Shown here: positions 8,705 to 16,484 of the stretch, piece by piece
How positions within the stretch are numbered: position 1 is the stretch's first letter
Layout of the letters: every line of letters starts with the position of its first letter
Assembly: GCF_008065095.1 (NCBI RefSeq)
Contig: NZ_CP042911.1
Span: 7,500,001-7,532,000 of the forward strand
Length of the DNA: 32,000 nt
Source: Gemmata obscuriglobus
GTDB taxonomy: Bacteria > Planctomycetota > Planctomycetia > Gemmatales > Gemmataceae
Reading direction: 5' to 3'
Translations under genes and position numbers: made by a program
The notes under the pieces: generated by a model
The model's input: only the letters and a program-made list of their open reading frames with translations
The model's database searches: none
Told to the model about the DNA's origin: nothing

Positions 8705-10183
8705 ATGTCCGTCAACCTCGACGCGTCCGGAATCGGCCAGTTGGCCGTTCGCCTCGGCCTGATCACCCTCGACCAAGTGCGGGACGCCCTCGACGAGTTG
8801 GGCGATAAGTCCGCCCCCGCCGCGGACATGGTCCGGCTGCTCGAACGCAAGCGGCAGCTCACCCCGTGGCAGGGCAACAAGCTGCTCAAGGGCGACACCG
8901 ACGGGTACGTCCTGGGCGGGTACCGGCTGCTGTACAAGATCGCGTCCGGGAGCTTCGGCCGGGTGTACCGCGGGGACGACCCGCGCACCGGGCAGGTGGT
9001 CGCGGTGAAGGTGCTCCGTAACAAGTGGACCCAGGACAAGCAGAAGGTGGACCTGTTCCGCCGTGAGGGCCAGCTCGGGATGACCATCCGGCACGCGAAC
9101 ATCGTGTCGGTGCTGGCCGTGAACCAGGACTCCAAGACCGGCCAGTACTTCATCGTGATGGAGTTCGTCGAGGGCGGGAACCTGCGGGACCTGCTCCAGG
9201 CGCGGAAGAAGCTCACCCCGGACGAGTCGCTGCGCATCCTGGAAGAGTGCGCGCAGGGGCTGGCGTACTCCAACGCCCGCGGGCTCACGCACCGGGACAT
9301 CAAACCGACCAACATCCTGATCGCGGTGTCCACCGGGCAGGCGAAGCTGGTGGACTTCGGGCTCGCGGAGATCACCGAGAACTCCTCGGTCCACCTCCAG
9401 CGGCAGGACGACCGCGACGACGACGTGGCGGTGGACCGCACGGTCGACTACGCCGGCCTGGAGAAGGCCACGAACCAAAAAGCCGGGGACGTGCGGAGCG
9501 ACATCTACTTCCTCGGTACGGTGCTGTACGAGTGCCTGACCGGGGCGACGCTGATGCCGGTGACCAAGGACCGACAGGCGCGGATGCAGGCCCGGCGGTA
9601 CACGGACGTCGAGGACACGCTCCGCTCACAGGGGCCGGCTCTGGGACTGACGCCCCCGCTCCTGCGCCTGCTGGCCAAAATGGTCGCGTTCGAGCCGGCC
9701 GAGCGGTTCCAGAACCCGACGCAACTGGTCGAGGCGATCCAGGCGTGCCGGGCGGAACTGGCGGGCGGGGCCGTGGCGCGCGGGCCGAGCGGGCCGAAGA
9801 CGCTGTTCGTGGTGGAACAGAACCAGAAGCTCCAGGACGCGTTCCGCGACAAGTTCAAGGCCGCCGGCTACCGGGTGATCCTCACGATCGACCCCAACCA
9901 GGCGCTGCGGCGGTACCAGCAGCAGGCGTACCACGCCCTCATCATCGACGCCCGCACGGTGGGCCGCGAAGGCGTGACCGCGTTCAACGACGTGCTTCGC
10001 GCGGCCGACAACGCGAGCATGGAGGTCGCCGTGGTACTGATTCTGGGTGAGGACCAGACCGGGTGGCGGCGTGAGGCCCGAACCCACCAGCACGGGGCTG
10101 TGCTGGTCGATCCCGGCGTCACGATGAAGCAGCTCCTCCGCACGCTCGACGAACTGACGCCCGGCGATCCGCCCACGAAGTAA
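8705..10183 (+). CDS. Ser/Thr protein kinase with C-terminal receiver-like (pseudo-receiver) domain
   Basis: Kinase motifs: GSFGRVYRG, VAVKVL, HRDIKPTNILI, DFGLAE. The C-terminal ~120 aa (from about nt 9796: TLFVVEQNQ ... ALIIDARTVG ... VVLILGED) looks like a CheY-like fold with the acidic pair replaced. Confidence 0.85.
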   Translation: MSVNLDASGIGQLAVRLGLITLDQVRDALDELGDKSAPAADMVRLLERKRQLTPWQGNKLLKGDTDGYVLGGYRLLYKIASGSFGRVYRGDDPRTGQVVAVKVLRNKWTQDKQKVDLFRREGQLGMTIRHANIVSVLAVNQDSKTGQYFIVMEFVEGGNLRDLLQARKKLTPDESLRILEECAQGLAYSNARGLTHRDIKPTNILIAVSTGQAKLVDFGLAEITENSSVHLQRQDDRDDDVAVDRTVDYAGLEKATNQKAGDVRSDIYFLGTVLYECLTGATLMPVTKDRQARMQARRYTDVEDTLRSQGPALGLTPPLLRLLAKMVAFEPAERFQNPTQLVEAIQACRAELAGGAVARGPSGPKTLFVVEQNQKLQDAFRDKFKAAGYRVILTIDPNQALRRYQQQAYHALIIDARTVGREGVTAFNDVLRAADNASMEVAVVLILGEDQTGWRREARTHQHGAVLVDPGVTMKQLLRTLDELTPGDPPTK

Positions 10184-10331
10184 CGACCGTTCCCGCCGGT
10201 GCGAAAAGCCCGGCGCCGCTCGTCACACGTTCCCACACCTGCGCCAGTTGCGCCCGCTCGCGCCGCGGACCGAGTTCCGCTTCCGCCGGTCGGACGTTTG
10301 GGCTATGCTCCCGGCCCTGGAGGGAGCAGAC

Positions 10332-12089
10332 ATGCGGGAGCGGGTTCGCGATTATGTTGTTCTGGTGGCCGCGGCCGCGCTGCTCACGCTTCCGAATCTC
10401 GGTGCGCCCAGCCTGTGGGATGTCGATGAGGGTGTGAACGCCGAGGCCGCGCGCGAGATGCGCGAGAACGACACCTGGGTCATCCCCACCTTCAACTTCA
10501 AATTGCGCACCGCGAAGCCGGTGATGCTGTACTGGCTCCAGCGGGCCAGCTACGCCGCCTTCGGAGTCAACGAGTGGTCCGCGCGGCTCCCCTCCGTTTT
10601 GGCGTCGTGGGCGACGGCGCTGCTGGTCTATGAACTGGCCCGACGCATGTTCGACCGCGCCACCGGGTTGCTCGCAGGAATCGTGCTGGTGTCGGCCCTG
10701 GAGGTGTGTGTCCTCGCGCACGCGGCAACCCCGGACGCGGTGCTGCTGCTGTTCACCGTGCTGACCTTTTACCTGTTTTGGGCGCGACACGAGAACGGGT
10801 CGCGCCGGTGGTGGGTGCCGACCGCCGCGGCTTGCGGTCTGGCCGTGCTGACCAAGGGACCGGTCGGCGTCGCGCTCCCGGGACTGGTCCTCTTGCTCTA
10901 CTTCGCCTGGAACCGCGAACTGAGCCGGTTACTGGACCGCAAGATCTTCCGGGCGCTGCTGGTGTTTCTCCTGGTCATCGGTCCGTGGTACGGGCTGGTG
11001 ACGGCCGAAACCCGCGGCCAGTGGCTGCGTTCGTTCCTTGGAAACGAGAACCTGAACCGGTTCGTTTCTCCGATGCAGAACCACCGTGGGCCGATCTACT
11101 ACCACGCGGCGGCTCTGATGGTGCTGTTCGTGCCGTGGAGCGCGTTCCTGCTCGCGGCCGTGTGGTACGGAATACGGGGGGCGAATAACCTACTCCCCAG
11201 CCCCCTCCCTGAAGGGCACGGGAGAGAAGGCACCGCAGAATTGAGTTCGCAAGGCGCTTCGTTCGAACTCCCCCGCCCTTCAGGTAGCGAGCTGGGTGAT
11301 GGGTTTTCTCCTCGCCCCTTCCGCTTCCTTGTTTGCTGGTTCGGGTCGTACTTGGTGTTCTTCTCCGTTGCGGCCACGAAGCTGCCGAACTACATCCTGC
11401 CGCTGTACCCGGCGCTCGCGATCCTGACCGCGCGGTTCCTGATCCGGTGGCGCGACGGCGAGTTACAACTCCCGAAGTGGCTCATGCCGGCAGGGGTCGC
11501 GGGGCTGGCGTTTACGGCGATTGCCGTTGGCGTCGGGATGCTCATCGCGGGCAACACGGTGCCGGTGCTCCCGCCAACCGCACGGATGTTCCCGGGGTTG
11601 GGGCCGTGGGCCGTCATCGGGCTGGTGCCGCTGGCAACGGCCGTCGTGATGGCGTTCGCCCTCCGGGCGGGGAACCGTGATCGGTTCGTGCGCGCGGCCG
11701 GCATCGGAGCGGTCGTGTTCACGGGGCTGACGGCTGCGTTCCCGGCGCTTGTGATCGACCCGTACAAGGCGCCCAAAGAACTGGTGCGGGCGAGCGGCGT
11801 CGACGACCCGTCGCGTGACGTGCGACTCGCCCACTGCGACTGGTTCCAGCCGAGCGTTGTGTTTTACGCGCGGCGCGAGGTGGTCGAGACGATGAACGCG
11901 GAGAAGGTCGCCGAGTTCTTTTCGCTCCCAACTCCCGGATACCTGTTCATCCCCGAGAAAACGTGGACCGAGCGGGTCGAACCGAAGATGACCGTCCAAA
12001 CCCAAGTGGTCGCAAAGCACTACGACTTTTATCGCAACTGCGATGTGATCGTAGTAACCAACGACGTGACCGCAACCGCGGGCCGCTGA
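10332..12089 (+). CDS. GT39-family (ArnT/PMT-like) membrane glycosyltransferase
   Basis: ATG at 10332 follows GGAGGGAG. The N-terminus (PNLGAPSLWDVDEGVNAEAAREMRENDTWVIPTFNFKLRTAKPVMLYWLQ) and many TM segments are typical of the ArnT/PMT_2 family. It carries the repeat insert at 11170-11305. Confidence 0.8.
   Translation: MRERVRDYVVLVAAAALLTLPNLGAPSLWDVDEGVNAEAAREMRENDTWVIPTFNFKLRTAKPVMLYWLQRASYAAFGVNEWSARLPSVLASWATALLVYELARRMFDRATGLLAGIVLVSALEVCVLAHAATPDAVLLLFTVLTFYLFWARHENGSRRWWVPTAAACGLAVLTKGPVGVALPGLVLLLYFAWNRELSRLLDRKIFRALLVFLLVIGPWYGLVTAETRGQWLRSFLGNENLNRFVSPMQNHRGPIYYHAAALMVLFVPWSAFLLAAVWYGIRGANNLLPSPLPEGHGREGTAELSSQGASFELPRPSGSELGDGFSPRPFRFLVCWFGSYLVFFSVAATKLPNYILPLYPALAILTARFLIRWRDGELQLPKWLMPAGVAGLAFTAIAVGVGMLIAGNTVPVLPPTARMFPGLGPWAVIGLVPLATAVVMAFALRAGNRDRFVRAAGIGAVVFTGLTAAFPALVIDPYKAPKELVRASGVDDPSRDVRLAHCDWFQPSVVFYARREVVETMNAEKVAEFFSLPTPGYLFIPEKTWTERVEPKMTVQTQVVAKHYDFYRNCDVIVVTNDVTATAGR
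11170..11305 (+). repeat. GC-rich palindromic repeat element, in frame inside the GT39 gene
   Basis: One unit lies at 11188-11222 (CCTACTCCCCAGCCCCCTCCCTGAAGGGCACGGG). A degenerate inverted unit lies at 11268-11305 (CTCCCCCGCCCTTCAGGTAGCGAGCTGGGTGATGGGTT). The 14-mer GAATACGGGGGGCG at 11170-11183 recurs at 22390-22403. The segment encodes GANNLLPSPLPEGHGREGTAELSSQGASFELPRPSGSELGDGFSP. Confidence 0.7.
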
Positions 12090-12098
12090 GCGGCGAAA

Positions 12099-12115
12099 CT
12101 GGCACGGCCCTTGCT
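12099..12115 (+). promoter_or_regulatory. candidate sigma-54 (-24/-12) promoter upstream of the GlsB/YeaQ/YmgE gene
   Basis: CTGGCACGGCCCTTGCT matches TGGCAC-N5-TTGC exactly. It lies about 60 nt upstream of ATG 12176. Confidence 0.55.
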
Positions 12116-12175
12116 TTATCTCCGGGTGTTCCGGCCGCACTGAGCCGGTTGCGAAAACCACCTGGAGAGCGAGTC

Positions 12176-12463
12176 ATGTTGTCGTTGCTGAGCTGGATCG
12201 TGACGGGTTTGGTCGTGGGTCTGATCGCGCGGGCACTGGTGCCCGGGCGCCAGTCGATGGGGCTCATCCTGACGGTCGCGCTGGGCGTGATCGGGGCCGC
12301 GGTCGGCGGTCTGATCTCCACGGCCTTCTGGCCGACGTGGGCGAACGACCCGAACGTCGACCGCATGTGGCCGGGCTGGCTCATGTCCGTCATCGGCGGC
12401 GTGATCGTGCTGTGGGGCTACATCGCGCTGACCGCCGACCGGAGTGGTCGCACGACGGTTTAA
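12176..12463 (+). CDS. GlsB/YeaQ/YmgE-family (transglycosylase-associated) small membrane stress protein
   Basis: ATG at 12176 follows GGAGAG. The sequence MLSLLSWIVTGLVVGLIARALVPGRQSMGLILTVALGVIGAAVGGLI shows the Gly-zipper TM pattern typical of this family. Confidence 0.75.
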   Translation: MLSLLSWIVTGLVVGLIARALVPGRQSMGLILTVALGVIGAAVGGLISTAFWPTWANDPNVDRMWPGWLMSVIGGVIVLWGYIALTADRSGRTTV

Positions 12464-12482
12464 GAAGCCGAACGCTGCACGC

Positions 12483-12510
12483 GGGGCGCGGGTTCTCGGA
12501 CCCGTGCCCC
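12483..12510. terminator. hairpin between convergent genes
   Basis: GGGGCGCGGGT-TCTCGG-ACCCGTGCCCC: an 11-bp stem with one mismatch and a 6-nt loop, between the stops at 12463 and 12515. Confidence 0.45.
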
Positions 12511-12514
12511 GTCG

Positions 12515-13621
12515 TCATTTCTGTTTGCGAGCCGCATGGAGAGCTTCACGCGCGTTTCGGGTGGCCAGTACCCGGCGCACGATGGCGTCCGCAACCTCAC
12601 AATTCATCTCAAAGAAATCACCCAGAGCCAGCCCGACCTCAGCACGTATTATCCGTTCCACCTCAAGATTCACTATTTGGTCGCGAGTTTCGCCTGTGAA
12701 TAAAGGGTCGGCGAGGCACACGGACACAACCGCCGTTAGGCCGCCCAGCGCGTCATCGCGCTCGACTTTTTCGCCCGGAGCGATCTCACACAACAGCGTG
12801 CGCACCACGTCCTTGACCGCCGCACGGACGCCCGTCGTGTGGGTTCCACCCAGTCGCGTGCAATAACCGTTAGCGAACGACACCGGTAGCGCGTCCGCGT
12901 CTGCGCACCATTGCAACCCGACCTCGTAGCGGACGCCGCCCGCTTCGCCGTCGAAGGCGATCACTTCCGCATGAACTGGCGTGCGGTTCGTGTTTAACCA
13001 CTTCACATAATCCGCAATGCCGTCCGGATACTCGAACACGTCCTCCGTGCCGCTCGATTCGTCGGCAAATGCGATGCGCACGCCGCTGTTCAAGAACGCG
13101 CACTGCTGGAGACGGTTTCGGATGATGTCGGGATCAAACCGCGCCGCTCCGAAGATCGCAGGATCGGGCCGGAACCGCACGGTGAGGCCGCAGTCATCTG
13201 GCGGACCGCCGAATTGTGTTTCGGCGTGGAGTTGCCCGCGCCGGAAAGTGCATTGCGGGACCGCTCCGGAACGCCGGGCACGGGCCGTGAGTTCTTCGGA
13301 CAGAGCGCACGCGACCGACCGGCTGTCAGCGGCGTGAAGACCCGACATGCGGCTGAACACCGCCTCCACGTTCAGTGGCGGCGAGCAATCATCGCTGATT
13401 TCAACAAATCCGTCCGCATCGAGCGCAACCCGCACCACGCCTGCCGGATCGCCCGAGAGCGGCCCCAGGGCGTCGTTCACCAGCTCAAACAGTAGCTGGT
13501 GAAGCCCACGTGAACCGGTACCGCCGAGAAACATTCTGGGCCGGAGCCGGATGGCTTCCATCGGTGCCTCGACGGGAAGGTCCGCTTCGATCGGATCGGA
13601 GGTGTTGTAGCCGCACTTCAT
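12515..13621 (-). CDS. stand-alone GyrB N-terminal (GHKL ATPase + transducer) paralogue, degenerate motifs, no TOPRIM or tail
   Basis: ORF 12515..13723; ATG at 13621. IRLRPRMFLGG resembles GyrB VRKRPGMYIG. GLHQLLFELVNDAL resembles GLHHLVYEVVDNSIDE. Transducer-like stretches: AFLNSGVRIAFADE, FEYPDGIADYVKWLN, SFANGYCTRLGGTHTTG, LTAVVSVCLADPLFTGETRDQ. The protein ends at NAREALHAARKQK, where GyrB would continue into TOPRIM. Confidence 0.7.
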   Translation of the reverse strand: MKCGYNTSDPIEADLPVEAPMEAIRLRPRMFLGGTGSRGLHQLLFELVNDALGPLSGDPAGVVRVALDADGFVEISDDCSPPLNVEAVFSRMSGLHAADSRSVACALSEELTARARRSGAVPQCTFRRGQLHAETQFGGPPDDCGLTVRFRPDPAIFGAARFDPDIIRNRLQQCAFLNSGVRIAFADESSGTEDVFEYPDGIADYVKWLNTNRTPVHAEVIAFDGEAGGVRYEVGLQWCADADALPVSFANGYCTRLGGTHTTGVRAAVKDVVRTLLCEIAPGEKVERDDALGGLTAVVSVCLADPLFTGETRDQIVNLEVERIIRAEVGLALGDFFEMNCEVADAIVRRVLATRNAREALHAARKQK

Positions 13622-13745
13622 CGCGGGCGCCTCACTTGCCAAAATGCGTGCCAATTCTGCTGGACAACGGACACGATTTCGGCGAAAAGTAGTGTAGCTT
13701 CCTGCCAGGACGACTCCCACCACCCTGCCCCGCTAAGGCCCTTCC

Positions 13746-15119
13746 ATGCTTTCCATTTTTGGCAAGCCGCACGCGCGCGGCGGGTTCTGTGACGGCGCCA
13801 CCCGGCGCGATTTCCTCACGGTCGGCGGGACGTTGTTCGGCGGCTGCCTCGCACTCCCGCACCTACTCGCGGCAGAAGCCAAGAGCGGCGTCAAAACATC
13901 ACACAAGGCGGTCATCAACGTCTTCCTCCCCGGCGGCCCGCCCCACCTCGATATGTGGGATCTGAAGCCGGACGCGCCCGCCGAGGTGCGCGGCGAGTTC
14001 AAGCCGATCCAGACGAACGTCACCGGCATCCAAATCTGCGAGCTGTTCCCCAAGATCGCGAAGATGATGGATAAGTTTACCATCATCCGCTCGCTGGTCG
14101 GTAGCTCAGGTGACCACGACGCCTATCAGTGCATGACCGGGCGCCCGCGGACCCCGGCGAACCTGGGCCACTGGCCGTCGTTCGGGTCGTGGGTGTCGAA
14201 GTCGCAGGGGCAGGCCGACCCGGCGGTGCCCGCGCACGTGTCGCTGGCGTACCCGTGCGGCGAGAAGCGCTGGGGGTACCCCGGCGACGGCGGGTTCCTG
14301 GGCATCCAGCACGCCCCGTTCCAGATGGTCGGCGGGCGCGACACCGGGATGAAGTCGGACAACCTGACCCTCAAAGGCGTGACGCTGGAGCGGCTCAACG
14401 ACCGCGTCGGCCTGCTGAAGGGGTTCGACGACATCGACCGGAAGCTGGACACCAAGGGCGCGATGGACGGGATGGACGCCTTCAACCGTCAGGCGCTCGA
14501 CATCCTCACCTCGTCCCGGTTGAAGGACGCGATCGACCTGTCGAAGGAAGACCCGAAGGTGCTGGAGCGGTACGGGGTCGACGACCCGGCGTTCGAGCGC
14601 GACGGCGCGCCGCGGATGGTGCGGAACTTCTGCGTCGCCCGGCGGCTCGTGGAGGCCGGGGCGCGGGTGGTGACGATGAACTTCACGCGGTGGGACTGGC
14701 ACGGGCCGGACGGGAAGAACTTCGTGCAGGCCCGCAAGGACTTCCCGCTGCTCGACACCGCCATCACGGCGCTGGTCGAGGACCTGCACGACCGCGGGTT
14801 GGACAAGGACGTGTCGGTGATCGTGTGGGGCGAGTTCGGGCGCACGCCGAAGATCAACAACATGGCGAGCCGCGACCACTGGCCGCAACTGAGCTGCGCA
14901 CTGCTCGCCGGCGGCGGGATGAAGACGGGGCAGGTGATCGGCTCGTCCAACCGCCTTGCGGAGCGGGCGTCGTCGCGGCCGGTGACGCACCAGGAGATCT
15001 TCGCGACGCTGTACAAGAACCTCGGCTTGGACCCGAACGCGGTCCGCGAGTACGACGCGAACGGCCGCCCGCACTTCCCGATCGACGCCGACGCACAGGC
15101 GATCCGCGAACTGGCGTAA
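13746..15119 (+). CDS. DUF1501-family (sulfatase-fold) protein with Tat signal
   Basis: TRRDFLTVGGTLFG is a twin-arginine motif. INVFLPGGPPHLDMWDLKPDAP, RDHW and the overall layout are typical of planctomycete DUF1501 proteins. Confidence 0.8.
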   Translation: MLSIFGKPHARGGFCDGATRRDFLTVGGTLFGGCLALPHLLAAEAKSGVKTSHKAVINVFLPGGPPHLDMWDLKPDAPAEVRGEFKPIQTNVTGIQICELFPKIAKMMDKFTIIRSLVGSSGDHDAYQCMTGRPRTPANLGHWPSFGSWVSKSQGQADPAVPAHVSLAYPCGEKRWGYPGDGGFLGIQHAPFQMVGGRDTGMKSDNLTLKGVTLERLNDRVGLLKGFDDIDRKLDTKGAMDGMDAFNRQALDILTSSRLKDAIDLSKEDPKVLERYGVDDPAFERDGAPRMVRNFCVARRLVEAGARVVTMNFTRWDWHGPDGKNFVQARKDFPLLDTAITALVEDLHDRGLDKDVSVIVWGEFGRTPKINNMASRDHWPQLSCALLAGGGMKTGQVIGSSNRLAERASSRPVTHQEIFATLYKNLGLDPNAVREYDANGRPHFPIDADAQAIRELA

Positions 15120-15125
15120 AAGCCA

Positions 15126-15236
15126 AAAGGCGGGTTTCACCGCAGAGGGCACGAGAGGGCGCAGAGAAAGCCAAGAGATAGGAGTAATGTTCTTTCTCTG
15201 CGCCCTCTCGTGCCCTCTGCGGTGAAACCCGCCTTT
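15126..15236. repeat. 45-bp perfect inverted repeat with 21-nt loop between convergent genes (probable bidirectional terminator; member of a repeat family)
   Basis: Arms 15126-15170 and 15192-15236 pair at 45/45 positions, checked base by base. The loop is CCAAGAGATAGGAGTAATGTT. The right arm overlaps the stop codon of the carboxypeptidase gene. Confidence 0.85.
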
Positions 15237-16149
15237 ACTTCTTCGCGCGTTCGGCCCAGGCCCAGCGGTATAGGTTTCGCGAGTCCGTGTACCGGTTGTC
15301 GCTCGACGTGCTGCCCAGTGCCACCACGATCAGCCGGTCCCCGTTGAGGGTGCCGCAGGACACCAGGCACGCACCGGCCGCGGTCGTGGTGCCGGTCTTG
15401 ATGCCTTCGTAGCCCTCAATGTCGAGCAGCTTGTTCGTGTTGTTCCAGGTCACCTCGCGCGCGTTGCCGTCCTTGTCCGTGACCGTACACTTATGGCGCC
15501 GCGTCTGGACGTACTTCGCGAACGCCGGGTCTTTCATCGCGTGGAACGCGAGCGTGACCAAGTCGCGCGGGCTGGCGACGTTGCGGGTCAGCCCGTGCGG
15601 GTCCAGGTAGTTCGTCTCGCCCATCTTGAGCGCTTTCGCGGTGGCGTTCATCTGCGCGACGAAGCTCGCGACCGGGTCTTGTTCCTTGCCCACCGACTTG
15701 AACCGCGGGCCGAAGTGCTCGGCGAACGCGTGCGCCGCGTCGTTACCTGAGGGCAGCAGCAGCCCGTAAAGCAGCTCGCGAACGGCGACCTTGTCGCCGG
15801 CCTTCAGGTCGGACGAACTGCCCACGACCTTGTCCGCGGCCTCGGAGAACGTGAGGACTTCGTCGAGCACCTTCGCGTCCTCGGCCGCGAGCTTCAGCAC
15901 GATGTAAGCGGTCATGATTTTGGTGGTGCTGGCAATCGGGAGCGGGTCCTTCTCGTTCCCGCCCCACAGCACCTTTCCGGTTTTGCCGTCGGCCACCGCC
16001 CACCCTTTGGCACTGACCACCGGCGGCCCGCCCACCTTCTCGGCAGGCACCTTGGGCGGCAGGGGCTTCTCTTCGGGCGGCTGCGCGTGTGTGAGCCCGG
16101 CCGTCGCGGCCAGAGCCGCAAGCGCGATCGAACGAATGAGTGTGTTCAT
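15235..16149 (-). CDS. D-alanyl-D-alanine carboxypeptidase (serine-type, S11/PBP5-like)
   Basis: Signal peptide MNTLIRSIALAALAATAGLTHA. Motifs: SxxK (ASTTKIM), SxN (PSGND), KTG (IKTGTT). Confidence 0.85.
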   Translation of the reverse strand: MNTLIRSIALAALAATAGLTHAQPPEEKPLPPKVPAEKVGGPPVVSAKGWAVADGKTGKVLWGGNEKDPLPIASTTKIMTAYIVLKLAAEDAKVLDEVLTFSEAADKVVGSSSDLKAGDKVAVRELLYGLLLPSGNDAAHAFAEHFGPRFKSVGKEQDPVASFVAQMNATAKALKMGETNYLDPHGLTRNVASPRDLVTLAFHAMKDPAFAKYVQTRRHKCTVTDKDGNAREVTWNNTNKLLDIEGYEGIKTGTTTAAGACLVSCGTLNGDRLIVVALGSTSSDNRYTDSRNLYRWAWAERAKK

Positions 16150-16387
16150 AGCGATGTTCTACGCGCGAGCGGCGGGGCGGCGAAGGCTCACCCGCCGACG
16201 GTACCGAACACGACCGCAAGCCGTTCGGCCTTACGTGTCTCTTTCCAGTTAACGCCGTCGATTGAAGCGAACAGCCGGCCCTTCCACGCGGCACCAACGA
16301 ACACGCCGTTCCCGAACGTTACGTCCACGAGGGTTACGCCGGCACCGACGCTCGCGACAGCCCCTCAAACCGCGCAGACATTTTTGG

Positions 16388-16458
16388 CAGGATCAACAGG
16401 ATACACAGGATTTGAAAGACAATACGCCAACTCTTTTGCTTCAGTCCTGTTAATCCTG
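16388..16458. repeat. inverted repeat in a relatively AT-rich spacer downstream of the S9 peptidase gene
   Basis: CAGGATCAACAGGA (16388-16401) pairs with TCCTGTTAATCCTG (16445-16458) at 13/14 positions. There is no U-tract on the transcribed strand, so a terminator role is uncertain. Confidence 0.4.
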
Positions 16459-16484
16459 TCAAATACACACTCTGCCTGCTTGGG

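Noticed and set aside
8519-9478. N-terminal 320 residues of the 833-aa minus-strand ORF 6977..9478
   Set aside because: This part runs antisense to the well-supported kinase gene and is low-complexity (R/G/P/V-rich). A signal-peptide-like start (TTG 8518) gives a sensible protein, so the extension is an artefact of open shadow frames.
13636-13656. Sigma-54-like motif on the minus strand (TTGGCACGCATTTTGGCAA) upstream of the GyrB-like gene
   Set aside because: The GG-to-GC spacing is one nucleotide too long for the -24/-12 consensus. The predicted TSS would fall only a few nt from ATG 13621. It is likely chance.
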